Assembly (NCBI RefSeq): GCF_037042905.1
Contig: NC_087251.1
Location: 6,636,001-6,700,000 of the forward strand
Direction: 5' to 3'
Length of the DNA stretch: 64,000 nt
DNA from: Lytechinus pictus
Lineage: Eukaryota
The position numbers were made by a program, and so were the translations under genes. Under the pieces are notes generated by a model. That model made no database searches and had not been told where the DNA came from. It was given only the letters and a program-made list of their open reading frames with translations. Shown here one piece after another: positions 13,801 through 25,800 of the stretch. How positions within the stretch are numbered: position 1 is the stretch's first letter; each line of letters begins with the position of its first letter.

Positions 13801-16800
13801 GCGCACCGGTATTCGATTTGTAATATCCTGAAATTATTTCAAAGAGTTAAATCGAATAAAAGTGACTAAAATTATGAGTAAAAAATCATACCTCCCAACT
13901 CTCTTCTTGTCACTTTCTACGTTTCTTTCTTTATCTTACTATTCCCTCAAAAAGAGCCATGCTAGCAATTACTGAAATTAAGAGAAAGTATTTTTTTCTT
14001 GAATAAATTATAGCCTACGCAATAAAAGTTTTTTTTTTATTTGTTCTTTCGTTTTGTTCTATTTTCAATTTGTCTCATTGGTTTCACAACCGAAAACAAA
14101 GTAATAAATAAAAAAAAAACATTCCTAATAGTTAGAATTCATTTTTGTCTCTATCTAATAGTACAGAGGCTGCGGAGTTGGTAGGAAGTTTCAGTCCTCA
14201 CCCCTTTCAGCAAACATGTACAAAAAAAATCCGAAGTCTCTATAAATTTGTGATTTTTTGGCAAGTCCACTCCCTCCCACATTCAGCTCAACCCATCCAT
14301 TATCAAAGCGCTCAGCGGCCCCTGTTTTTTATTTTAAAAATCAGATATTTTGGTTTATATGCTAACCAGGGTAAGCGCCCCAAATGTTTGCAGTAAAGGA
14401 AACAATTTTTTTCTATATGAAATCTTTTCTACCACGCAATTCGCCGGTAAAAAAAAGAAATTCGCGAAAAAGTAGGAAAATCAATAAAATTTGGGTCGGT
14501 ATCAACCTTTTTTTTTGGGGGGGGGGTGTAGGTCACACATGAATAAAAGTTTGTAGGATTGAGCGGGTTCTGTCTGGTGACACGCCAGACAAACGCGTTT
14601 TCTTTATAGTGGGTGCCTTAACGTAATTTCTCATCATATATCATTCTATTTCCTCCATTTCAGGCGAGGGAACTTAGTTCATTGTTGGTTTTATAATTTG
14701 AAGTGATAATGTTTCCGTCAACTTTTCAATGCAAAAAAAATCATCTGGGAGAAAAAAGGAGAATAAGATAAAGAGCTTTTAGAACCTAACCTATTATAAA
14801 TTCATTCTGTATATTGACATGAATTAAATAATATATTTTTATTAGCCGTCTCTGTCTCTCATTCTCTCTCGTTCACCGTGACATATAAACATTTTTTTTC
14901 TATAATTTCCCTAAATGATTCTTCTTTCATCCTCATATGCATCATCACCCAGGGGAAGCGCTTTTATGCAAAATGGATCACTGACCGATGTCATAAGCAC
15001 CTGTTTTGTTGGTAATTGAGACAATTTTGTTTTCTTTTTTTTAGATAAAGTATGTTGGTCGGAAAAGTATTTATAAAAACTTGTTGTATTGCTAAGTACG
15101 AAGGGCATTCAATAGGTAATCTTGCCGATAAACGCTAATCTTCCTTTTGTTCGGGGCGTTGACCATCTGTATCCTGCTCTTTTCGGAAGGAATTTGTTTG
15201 AGTTGCCGCCCAGACATTCTTTTGTTTCGGTAGTGCCGATATCATGAACTACATGGACGTTTCCCTTTTGAAAAGAGCATAAGATAAATGGTGTGCTAAA
15301 CTGCTTTCTTTTCTCTTCTTTTTTTAGAAAAGTAGAGAAAAATAATGAGGGATGATGGGGAGGGAAAAAGTTCAAAAGTGCACCGCGATCAGCTCAAAGT
15401 ACTAAAAAGACATTACAAGCTTTTTGTTTTTCTGAAAATACAATCGATCGATGAAACCAAGGAGATATCATTCTATCTAGAGTGATATCGTCTTGATGAA
15501 ACAAATAAGACGAAAATCGTGAATAAACGCGTAGGTTATTACGTGACGATCTTCCAGAAATGATTTTAGCTTATCTTTCAAAACAACGATATGGATCAAA
15601 TCACGTGATCAAAACAAATCACGTGATCAGGCCTAGTGTGCGCGCGCGTACGTGCACGTCACAAAATTTATCCTCCCCGTCTGACTCCAAAGAAAAATTC
15701 GGGTAAAGTTGAAACGATTTCCTATTTTAGGGATTTTTCTCCACGTAGCTGTGTATTTTTTTCATTTGATTGTCGAAATAGGTTTATAAAGGAAATAGTG
15801 GGAAAGGTTTTAGTACATAACAATTACGAAAAAGCTGAAAAACTTCATCGAATTAAACCAAACAAATATCGGCTTCTGTAGAAGCCCGTCGTAGCTAAGT
15901 GAACGACTCGCTGGGCTTCTGTGGAAGCCCGTCGCACGCAAAGGGTTAAGAACATCAATTTGGGTGAACTTTGAAGCTCTACAGCAAAAAATCAAGCACG
16001 TGGACCTATGTTAATTTTTGCGTATTTCGAATATTAAGGTTCTAAGGTATTTATGTGCAAAGTTTGGTGAAAATGACATGGATTTCACTTTAACTGTGGA
16101 ACGTCCTTAAGACATTATTTAGAGATATTTCACGATTATGTATTGTAAATTTCCTAAAGGAGATCAATCTTTTTATTAGATTTTAGGTGGGAAACTGTTC
16201 GAATCCCAATCACAACAGGTATACCCTTGGGCGAGGTATTTTATTCCAATTGTCTAGTCTTTCGGAGGAGACTCTAAGCCGTCGGTCCCGTGTAAAGGAG
16301 AGTCACACCATTTGCACGTTAAAAAACCTACTCCTCTTTTCGTAAAGAGTAGGGAAGTTATCCCGGGGAAGTAGTTAACGTATTAATTTATTACTGATAA
16401 TTACTAATTTATAATCCTGTTCCTTTGTAAAGTTGCATTAGGGTAATTTGTACTGTATTATAGTAACCTTTCCAGATTAACTGTCTGACACTTATATGAT
16501 ATGCATGTGTTGATAGTGTCGTTAATTTTTTATCAATCAATCAATCAATCAAGCTGATATATTGATGTTTCTCAAATAAAATCTATTTGGATTTTACAGC
16601 CATTTTTGTCAAAAATGTTCCAACTAACCCCGGTCTCCCCTAACTTGGGAGTAATTTTTGTAATCACCAGAGCGCTCAAAAACTTGAATTTTGGGCATAT
16701 TTTTGTGTATCGTGTACGCCCTCTATTAGTGGATAGTAATATGGCAAGACAATTGTCATTTTTCAATCTATATTTTTAATTAAGAAAAAATAATTTAAAG

Positions 16801-19800
16801 AATCAAATTTACTTGTGAGCCAAGTTATATGATGAATAGCTGTAATGGAAACTGACAGTGGGGCAGTTCCACGGTTACGGAGTGACGCAAAAATGGACAT
16901 GTATATTTGAGGAGAAAACATATTGCTCAAACTTCTAGAATTTTCAATTGCTGTCATAATTTTGATTTATTGATTGGATTCTATGTTCTAGCTTTAATAT
17001 GCTGTGCACATTACATTAAAAAATTTGTGTATTATTTCATTAATTACGACTTAAAACGTAAACCCATACCCAGTTACGGAGTGACATCAGAAATATCCAC
17101 TCACGGGCAACGCAAAATGAACTTATAATTTTAAATGTTTGTTTGATACGATGTAAGATGATGACCTTTAGATTATCCAAAAGAAAATTTTACAAAACAA
17201 GCATAATTTTTTTTTTAATTGAAATTAAGTAAAAAACAATATATGAAGTCCCATGTATAGAAGTTCTTGTATGGTTTGGATTCTCCTATAAGGAGATGCG
17301 TAAGAAAAAAATTGTAGCTATTTATGTTCCCCTTTTGTATATTTATGAAATTCCATATGAGTTTTGATAGAAAGATTTGATCCAGATTTGAAATAGGGCC
17401 AATATAAATTTTTGGAAAATGTCCACTTTTGCTTGAAACTGCCCAGTGTAAAAAAATCAAGCATTTGTCCCAAAGAAAAAGAGAAAATATGCCAAACATT
17501 GCCAACCTTATTTCACCACACAGGGAGTAGTAACAGAGAACAAGGTTGTATCATAACCTTGTTCATAGAATGAGTGTGGGATGCTATGATTCTATGAATG
17601 TAAAAAAAAAATGTTTTTTAAATGCCTAATGTGTTTTCTAGGATGCTTCCCATGGTTGAAATGTGATGAAGTCTATTTTAATTCACTGAATCTATTTTTA
17701 GCACTCCCACGCTATATCTTGGTAATTGCCATCTATGTCCCGCAGGGGGAAAAAAAAACTGTCCCTATAAACAAGGACAATCTCAATTTATCAAGACATG
17801 ATTCGTCTTGGTTTATGAGGATATCCTTTTTTTTCTGGGACAATCCCAATTTTTGGACCTCTGCCTATACTGATAAAGCTGTTGGTAAGTTAAAGGACAA
17901 GTCCACCCAAACAAACACTTGACTTGAATAAAAAGAGAAAAATCCAACAAGCATAACGATAAAATTTCATCAAAATCGGATTTAAACTAAGAAAGTTATG
18001 ACATTTTAAAGTTTCGCTTCATTTCACAAAACAGTTATATGCACATCTTAGTTGGTATGCAAATGAGGGAACTGATGACATCACTCACTCACTATTTCTT
18101 TTGTTTTTTATTATATGAAATACAAAATATTATAATTTTCTCCCCATTGTCCTGTGAAACAAAGTTTTATTTCTCCCTGAACATGTGGAATTACCATTGT
18201 TTAACATTTTATGGTTCAGTCAAGTTCAGTTCAGTTTGTCCTCATTGTCAAACCTGTAAAACTTGAAATATTGTATAATTCAAACAATAAAAAACAAAAG
18301 AAATAGTGAGTGAGCGACATCATCGTCTCTCTCATTTGCATGTAACTGACTCGTTCATATAACTATTTTGTGAAAAATAAGCGAAACTTTAAAATGTCAT
18401 AACTTTCTTATTTTACATCCGATTTTGATGAAATTTTCAGCATTATGCTTGCCTGATTTTTCTCTATTGATTCAAATCAACATTTTTCTGAGGTGGACTT
18501 GACCTTTAAGAGTGACTTTAAGAACGACTGGTGATCCTTTCTTGTGGTGAATGATATTCAACATCAAATGTTCGTTGGTGATTATTTAGCGCATAGGAAA
18601 GGTTCACCAGTCAGTCATCTTAAGTCACCCTTAACTTACGAACAACTTTGTGAAACCCCCACTAGGTCCAGGAAGGTCAGCTTTTGCATGCATGTTATTA
18701 CTCTATATATTTTGTTAAATAGGCTTCATTCCTATTTTAGGATTGCTGGGTATATATTCAATGATATAACCAATTCTTTTTCATGGTTAACATTTTTTTC
18801 TATGAATTCCTTTTATGTGTGTTTATATTTGTATAGATTGATGCGTACATGGAAGAATGTGCATTAGTTTTGGATGATTCAACTCTTAAGGACAGAACTT
18901 CCAGAATGAAGAAATTATTTGAACGGTAGGTCTACATGTGGATTGTCCAAAATAGTTAGGTCATTGTCAAAATAAATGAATAAAATTCAATAGTGTTTGG
19001 CCTAACATACAGTTGTGTGTTATGCCTGTATTTCATCATAGAGCTCTATCACTTGCACGTTTTGATTAAAATCATAGTATCATTCATATTTGTAAAACAT
19101 TGGGCCCTTTAGTTTTAAAGGGGGGGGGGGGTTAATATGATTTTCTATTGGTCTTCATTGTCAGGCATACAGTCAGTAATTTTTTGTCAAAAAAGTGAGT
19201 GTAGCATATTCTGTTCAGGAATGACAATTGATGTTCTATAAATTCTCACCCTTGTTTTTTTTTACGCAGATGTGGAACCTTGAGGAAAAAATGCAAAGCA
19301 CTTGAAAAAAAGCTTTCAAATTTATCCAAGGTAAGCTTGAAAGGAGATACAAGAATTTGTGTAAGAATGGGGTACCTTACGTAAAGATGGGCACATTCTA
19401 TCTCATAACATCTATCTGTATACATGTACATACATCATCGAGAATGAAAAAAGAGTTTGTAAAAACTAAAAACCAATAAAATAATGTTTTCAACTCATAA
19501 GTTTTACATGTAGTTTGTTTATATTTTTGTACAAAACCCCAAAGCATTAATTTAAAAATCAATCATTCAGGGCTTCATCATAAGACTAGATTATAATCTT
19601 TTTGATGCAGAGTGTCCCACTGTGGCCCATGCCCCCCCCCTTTCCCCTAAAAATAGATCTACCTCTACTGACACTATATGACTATTACAAATACTTTAAT
19701 TAATGAAGATGGTGATAATGAACAGAAAATGTCTGAAATGTAGGGTACATGACATGAAAGACATTATGATTGTTATTTAAAGGTCGCATTATGGTTAGAC

Positions 19801-22800
19801 CTATTATTTTCTTCATTATCATTGTTTATTAATGATTATTTATCTTCATCACTATATTCACCATCATAATCATTATTATTACTATTTATTACTGTGTATT
19901 TTTTATTTCTGAAGGGTAAAGAGCCAACAGTTATACCCAATTTTGATGAGGTTAGATGTGATGAGTCGGACCGTATGCATGCACTTGAGGTGAGATATAT
20001 TTAAATATTTATTCATCATGAAACAATTATCAAGTGACTTCTGCTCAGTGAGCTTGATTCTGAATGAAATCAATGTTATAAATTGATGCACTTGTTTTCT
20101 CATGTTCTCTATTAAACTTAAGATATGACTCTCATCTTCCATGAAGCAATACAATACAATTTATATTGTAGTCAAACTTAGATTTTAAAAATATTTTGAA
20201 CGAATGAATAAATGTGTAGAGCTCTATTTTGTTTAATATTCAATTCTGCTACAGATAACTCTAAAGAAGAGTTACAGTATATCACTTAATTGTTGGCAGA
20301 TTATTAAGAAGAACTGTAATCTTACCTGATCATCTGTTTGGATGATGTGTATGTTTGTATTTGATATTAGGTGAGGTTGGGGAAAATAGGTAATAAACTG
20401 GAGCCTGATGAAGTGGAGCAATCTTATTTCAAGTAAGTGATGTGTTTGTAGTTTTTAAAATGTAATCAATATTTGTTATGAATAATCAACAAACAAGTTC
20501 AAATCTAACATATTGAAATGAGGCCATGAAAGTTTTTTTTTTATACATGTATATTAAATGATAGATGTAATGAGAATATCAGATTAGTAATACAAAGCTG
20601 ACCTAATAAAACTGGTTTAAATCCTTCAAATGTAGGATACATGCATTGGTGAAAAAATGAAAGAAAAAAAACTAGGTAAATTATTTCAGATTTGTAAAAT
20701 GTGTATGGCATATTGTGAAATGTTATTGATTGTATTAATGTAACATATAATGCAGCTTGTTTCGATATGCTGTATCACTAGAAGCTGAAAAACTTGCAGC
20801 AGATTTATTTTGAATACTTTTTCATTTCCAACATGACCAAGGTTTGTCTTACTGCACATGAAAGCAACACAAGAATCATAAAAGTGATTTCTGGTGAATT
20901 TTTACTGGAGGTGTAAGGTTATCTTAAGGTTTATTTTTTAAGTTGGTGATAGGATGATTTTGGAAATATTTGTTAAATATACTTGAATATCTTTAAACAT
21001 TGATAAATAAAGGGGCAAGGACTTTCACATTCTAAAATGAAAGTATAAATCAATCATTTTGATTGATTTAGAAAGGAAGCCTTCCCATAGATTATAAGAA
21101 CATGTGTTTTATAATTTGAAAATAAATTATTTGAAATCAGTATAAAATAGTGACATTTGTTCATATGGTTTATGGTGGTTATTACTGTTGATGTTAGTTT
21201 TTCTTGTGGGCTCAAATAATTTTCCTTTAGACTTTTAGGCTTTTATGTTTTGCTTGCTACATGATGTTTGTTGGAAATTTTTGAGTTTAAGGGTGTACAA
21301 GTCAGCCTGTACATACAATGACAAAATATAGGAAGTCCTCTATTCCAGCAGATGTAAAGTAATAAATTTTTGTGACCCGGTATGCGTTACCCTGTTTATG
21401 AAAGTTCATTTGCATTTAGCATTTTAGCGTTAACCTTTTAATTCCCTTCTAATTTCTTCTAGTTCTTTTCTCCCATGAATAATACACAACAAATAAACGT
21501 CAAAATTGATGTTTTCTGATGTAGCAATATGAAAGGTAAAGACGAAGCTAGTGAAAGACAGGGAAACAAGCCATCAACTGGATGGGCTGACAATGATAGC
21601 GATGATGACGATGATGATGATGATGACAATGACGAAGAAGATGAGGAAAATGATGGTGAAGGAGAAGAAGAAAGCAAGATGGAAACTAGCAATCCAGAGG
21701 AGGAAAATGATGAAGATGACGAAAAAGAAGATGATGCAAAGAAGACAAAGTTAAAACGATTAAGTGTATTCCGACGTTCCAAGACTGATAAAGGTGATGA
21801 TGATCCAGAGAAAGACAAAAAAGACAAGAAAGACAAAGACAAAAAAGATAAAGATAAAAAAGACAAGAAAGACAAAGAAAAAAAGGGAAAAGAAAAGTCA
21901 GAAAAGGAAAAAGAAAAGGAAAAGGAAAGAGAACGTAAAGAACAAGAAAAGAAGGAGAAAAAAGAAAAGGAGAAATTAGAAAAGGAAAGAAAAGAAAAGG
22001 AAAAGAAAGAGCAGAAGGAAAAAGAACAGGAAGAGAAAAGAAAGAAGAAAGAAAAGGAAATAGCTGCAAAATCAGCAAAGAGCAAAAAAGGGGAAGATGG
22101 TGATGCTAAAAAGGAAAAAGATGAGGATAAACGACCTGACTCACCTACTAAAAGAGGCTTTGGAGCTAAATTATTCAGTCGAGACTCAAAGAAACCAAAA
22201 ACAGATACGTCTAAGCAAGAAATTGTCGAAGATGGAAGTGATGATGATGGCGATGGTGACGATGATGAAGATGTGGTGGATGGAATGGATAGTGAAGAAG
22301 GAGAAAGATCAGAAGAGGACATGGAGGAGGAGGAGGAAGAAGATGAAGAGGAGGAAGAAGAGGGACTTGAAGATCTTGAGGAGGAAGGAGAGGAAGAGGA
22401 AGAGGAGGAGGATGAACAAGTCAAACAAAAGAAAGTTGAGCCTACACAGGACAAGAAGAAAGGATGGAGCTTATTCCGCAAAGACAAGTCACCTCAAAGG
22501 TTATTCATGTTTTCAATGTAGTTGATGTGCTGTTTTACGGTGATGGTGAATCAAAATCTTGATGTTGCCTATTTCTTCTAACATATATTCAACTCTTCCA
22601 TCACATTTAATACAAACCACTGTCCGGTTGTAACAAGATGATCAAACATTTGCATACATTTTCATTTTCTAAAATTGCACCAACCTGAAAGTATTGTTAG
22701 TAATTTTTTATTGCAATCATTTTTGCTGTGCAACATATGCATACAAGACATAGAAAGGTCTTCTGGATAATTAATACTAATGAGTGCAGAATCAATTCAC

Positions 22801-25800
22801 ACATTATTTATTGCCTCTATTATTTTTTAACTGAAATACATGAAGTTGACATGTATATTTTTGTTGACATGATGATTACATGAAATTATAATCATAACAA
22901 TTGTTTTAACATTATTATTACAACAATTGATAGCTGTATAATTATAGCAGTCGATATTGTGCTTATAAATACACCTGTTTGAAAGCAATGCAAATGCTTG
23001 ATTAAATACCTTTCAGAGGTTGTATTTCTTTTAAGCATAATTTTCTACATGTATGATGTTTCCATTAATCTACTTATTGCACCTATTTTGTTTCCTTGTC
23101 AATATATATCTAATTAAATTTTAGTGGAGGTATCTGTTTCAATTGTGTGTGCTGTGTTTTAACCCAACTAATTTATGTAAATGGTGTTGGATGCACTTTA
23201 CTATTATTTCACAACTCCCTGATGTCAGAAGCATAAGGGTTTCCAAATAACAATGTGTTCATGTATTGCAAACATATTTTGTGATGATAACTTATCTTTT
23301 CACAGTATTTTCATCATAGACTCAAACATCTTCTTCCCCCAAGAAAATCTTTCGTAAATTGTAAATCCCACTGAAAAGAAAATGTGTCATTTCTTTATGG
23401 AAGGGGTTTCAAAACTGATGCACAATAAAATCATCCTTTACAGTTGTTTTTTTAAAGAAAATATTTTGGCATATGGAGATTCAATATTTCAGCTGTAGTA
23501 TGGTTAGTTATTGAGCTTCTTTTGAAACCAAGTTGATGTGCTGGTGTCCTTTGGTAAGGAATTAATCCTTACTACCATGTCCCTTGGATATTGTGTTGAT
23601 ATAAAGCAGTTGGTCCTTTGCTTACATGTATTCATGTTCTTTTAGCAGGTGATACAACTGTATAACAAAATGGGGAAAGTATTTTTGTCATTATCATCTA
23701 TTGATTTATTTTTAATCTTTATTTTGGGAGAGGGGATAGATTATTCAATTTCTATTCCAAATACTTGTATTAAGCTGAGCAATATAAGTTGCAACTTGTC
23801 AACATTAATTTATACATTTGTTTGTCACTTGTCTTTTAAGTTTCAGCAAAATGGAAGTTAGAGAAGTTGACATGAGGTTGGAATTTAAATTATTATTCAT
23901 TTCATTTCATATTGCCTTGCATAGGATGATATGTTGAAAAATAAAAAACAAGCTTAAAAGTCATTATATACTGCGTAAATTAGAATAAGTGATTTCATTT
24001 TTTTTGCAATATGATTGTATTACTAAATCTTTTCCAATCACAACATTTTCTTGCTTTCAGTCAGTGTTTCAATTGCTGTTCATTTGAATTCCATTTTCCC
24101 TTTATAATGTTCTTTCAGGCATTTGAATAATTTATGTAATGATTTTCTTTTTTTTCTTGGCAGACATGTTGCTTTCTTGAATCTGTTTCAAATGTTTGTT
24201 ACCTATAGAGGCATTGTTTGATGATTCACTAGTCCTTCATAGTCTGTGATATTAACTTCTGTCTTTCTCTCTTTTTATTTTTCACTATTATTGGTGTTGA
24301 ATTTTCTTTTCTGTGTTTTTTGTTAATGTATTGATGATTTGGATTGATATTTAATTTGTATCTACTCTGATCGTTAACTTCAATTATTTAGCATTATACA
24401 GCTGGTATCTGTATTCTGATAATGTTTCCAGGGACCAGTATCAGTAGTTACCTGAGTAGAAAGATCTGTTTGGATGTTATACATTTCTATCACACTAATT
24501 TGTAGATTCTGATCAGAAGTTACAAGTCATTTCTTATAATAATAATAATAAATGCAATTCACAAGGTGCCATGATATTATTATTATTATTATTTTATTCG
24601 GCATTTTAACAAAAACAGTTTACAATCAATTTACAAGAGAAGAGAATATACAATTACAAAGTGAAAAGGGATGTTTACAGAACAAGTCCAGGTTGCCTGG
24701 AAAAGGAAAAAGTTAAATTAATCTTGTTAGAGATGCTGATGGCGCACAAGCGAAGGAGGAGCAAAAAAACAAATAAAATGGGACACAAAAATATTTTACT
24801 CAAAATCATTGATAACAATTTTCATAAAGCACACTTAATACTGTAGTTTTAATATATCATTTCTTGTCTGTGTGAGTCTGATGCTTTTGAAGGTTTTTCA
24901 CATTCCTAATTGTTTTTTTTTTCATTTTAACCTGATTTTATTAAGTTTGATGAATTTTAACATATTTTAGAATATTCTGGATAATTTGTTAATTATTTGT
25001 CATTTAGCAACTTTTACATATACGGAAAGATTCTTTTGCTTGTTCAATAGTCTTATATCCTATTAATTTATTACTTATTTATTTTAATGCTTATTATTAG
25101 TCTGCTTTCTTGATATATATACAGCAGGCAAATAGATTTTCTGTTTAGATTAGTAATTATTTATTTTTATTCATTGGATATAAATTCATTAAAAAAGTGC
25201 TTATGCTAGGCAATGATTTCCACATTTACTCTGCTTACCGATCTAGGACATTTTCTTGTGATGGTATGTCTATAACATAAATCATTCATTACAAAGCACA
25301 AACAAATATTTATACCAATTCATTTTGTATCTGCATATACTTTTTATATCTTCAGTAATCAATATTATGATTTCATTGAAAAATGAAATCATGATTAATT
25401 AAAGCAAGTGAACTTTAAATCTTAAATTGCATTGAATCAGTATACTCTGGTAGAAAATTGTTTAAGTACCGGTATATAATATTTTAACTCTTACAACTAT
25501 CACTTGGTATTTAAAATATTAATGTCAATTAAGTGTAAAGTTTTCAAAAAGGATGTGAAGTGTCATTCATCCTTGTCCAAAACCTAATTTTTAATGATAA
25601 TGTTTTGATGAAATCCTTACACCTGAATAAGCAGTACATGATGTAATTATTTGATTCTTCTATCAATATTACAGGCAAATCAAGAAGGATAATGAAAAGG
25701 ATAATAAGATAAAGAAGAAAGGTTTGTAGTACAATTCATTTAATTATTACATCTCATTTTGCAGGCTGGAATTGAACTTGACTTATATTTATCATTTCCA

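Larger units (their letters stand above)
9675..16106. mobile_element. TTAA-flanked TIR element (Kolobok-like), about 0.94 kb without its nested insert
   Basis: TTAA|GGACGTTCCATAGTTA ... TAACTGTGGAACGTCC|TTAA; 16-bp TIR with one mismatch. Confidence 0.85.
9558..16548 (+). mobile_element. 5'-truncated I-group (I/Nimb-like) LINE 3' end, interrupted by nested DNA transposons
   Basis: Removing 9675-16110 restores [60 protein letters not shown], a C-terminal CCHC region of ORF2. (ATCA)n tail ends at about 16548. Flanking duplication TCAAGCTGATATA at 9545-9557 and 16549-16561. Confidence 0.85.

Noticed and set aside
21459..22487. 342-aa Ser/Phe-rich minus-strand ORF and other overlapping ORFs
   Set aside because: Antisense or alternate-frame shadows of the purine-rich NPHP1 exon 6.
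21529..22521. Stand-alone 330-aa acidic protein gene
   Set aside because: Flanked by phase-compatible splice sites that link it into NPHP1, so better explained as an internal exon.
23490..23620. tRNA gene
   Set aside because: Only a decayed SINE-like remnant; no cloverleaf can be built.
24575..25000. Minus-strand LINE 3' remnant with a (TAA)n tail
   Set aside because: Suggestive but too degraded to define boundaries or family.
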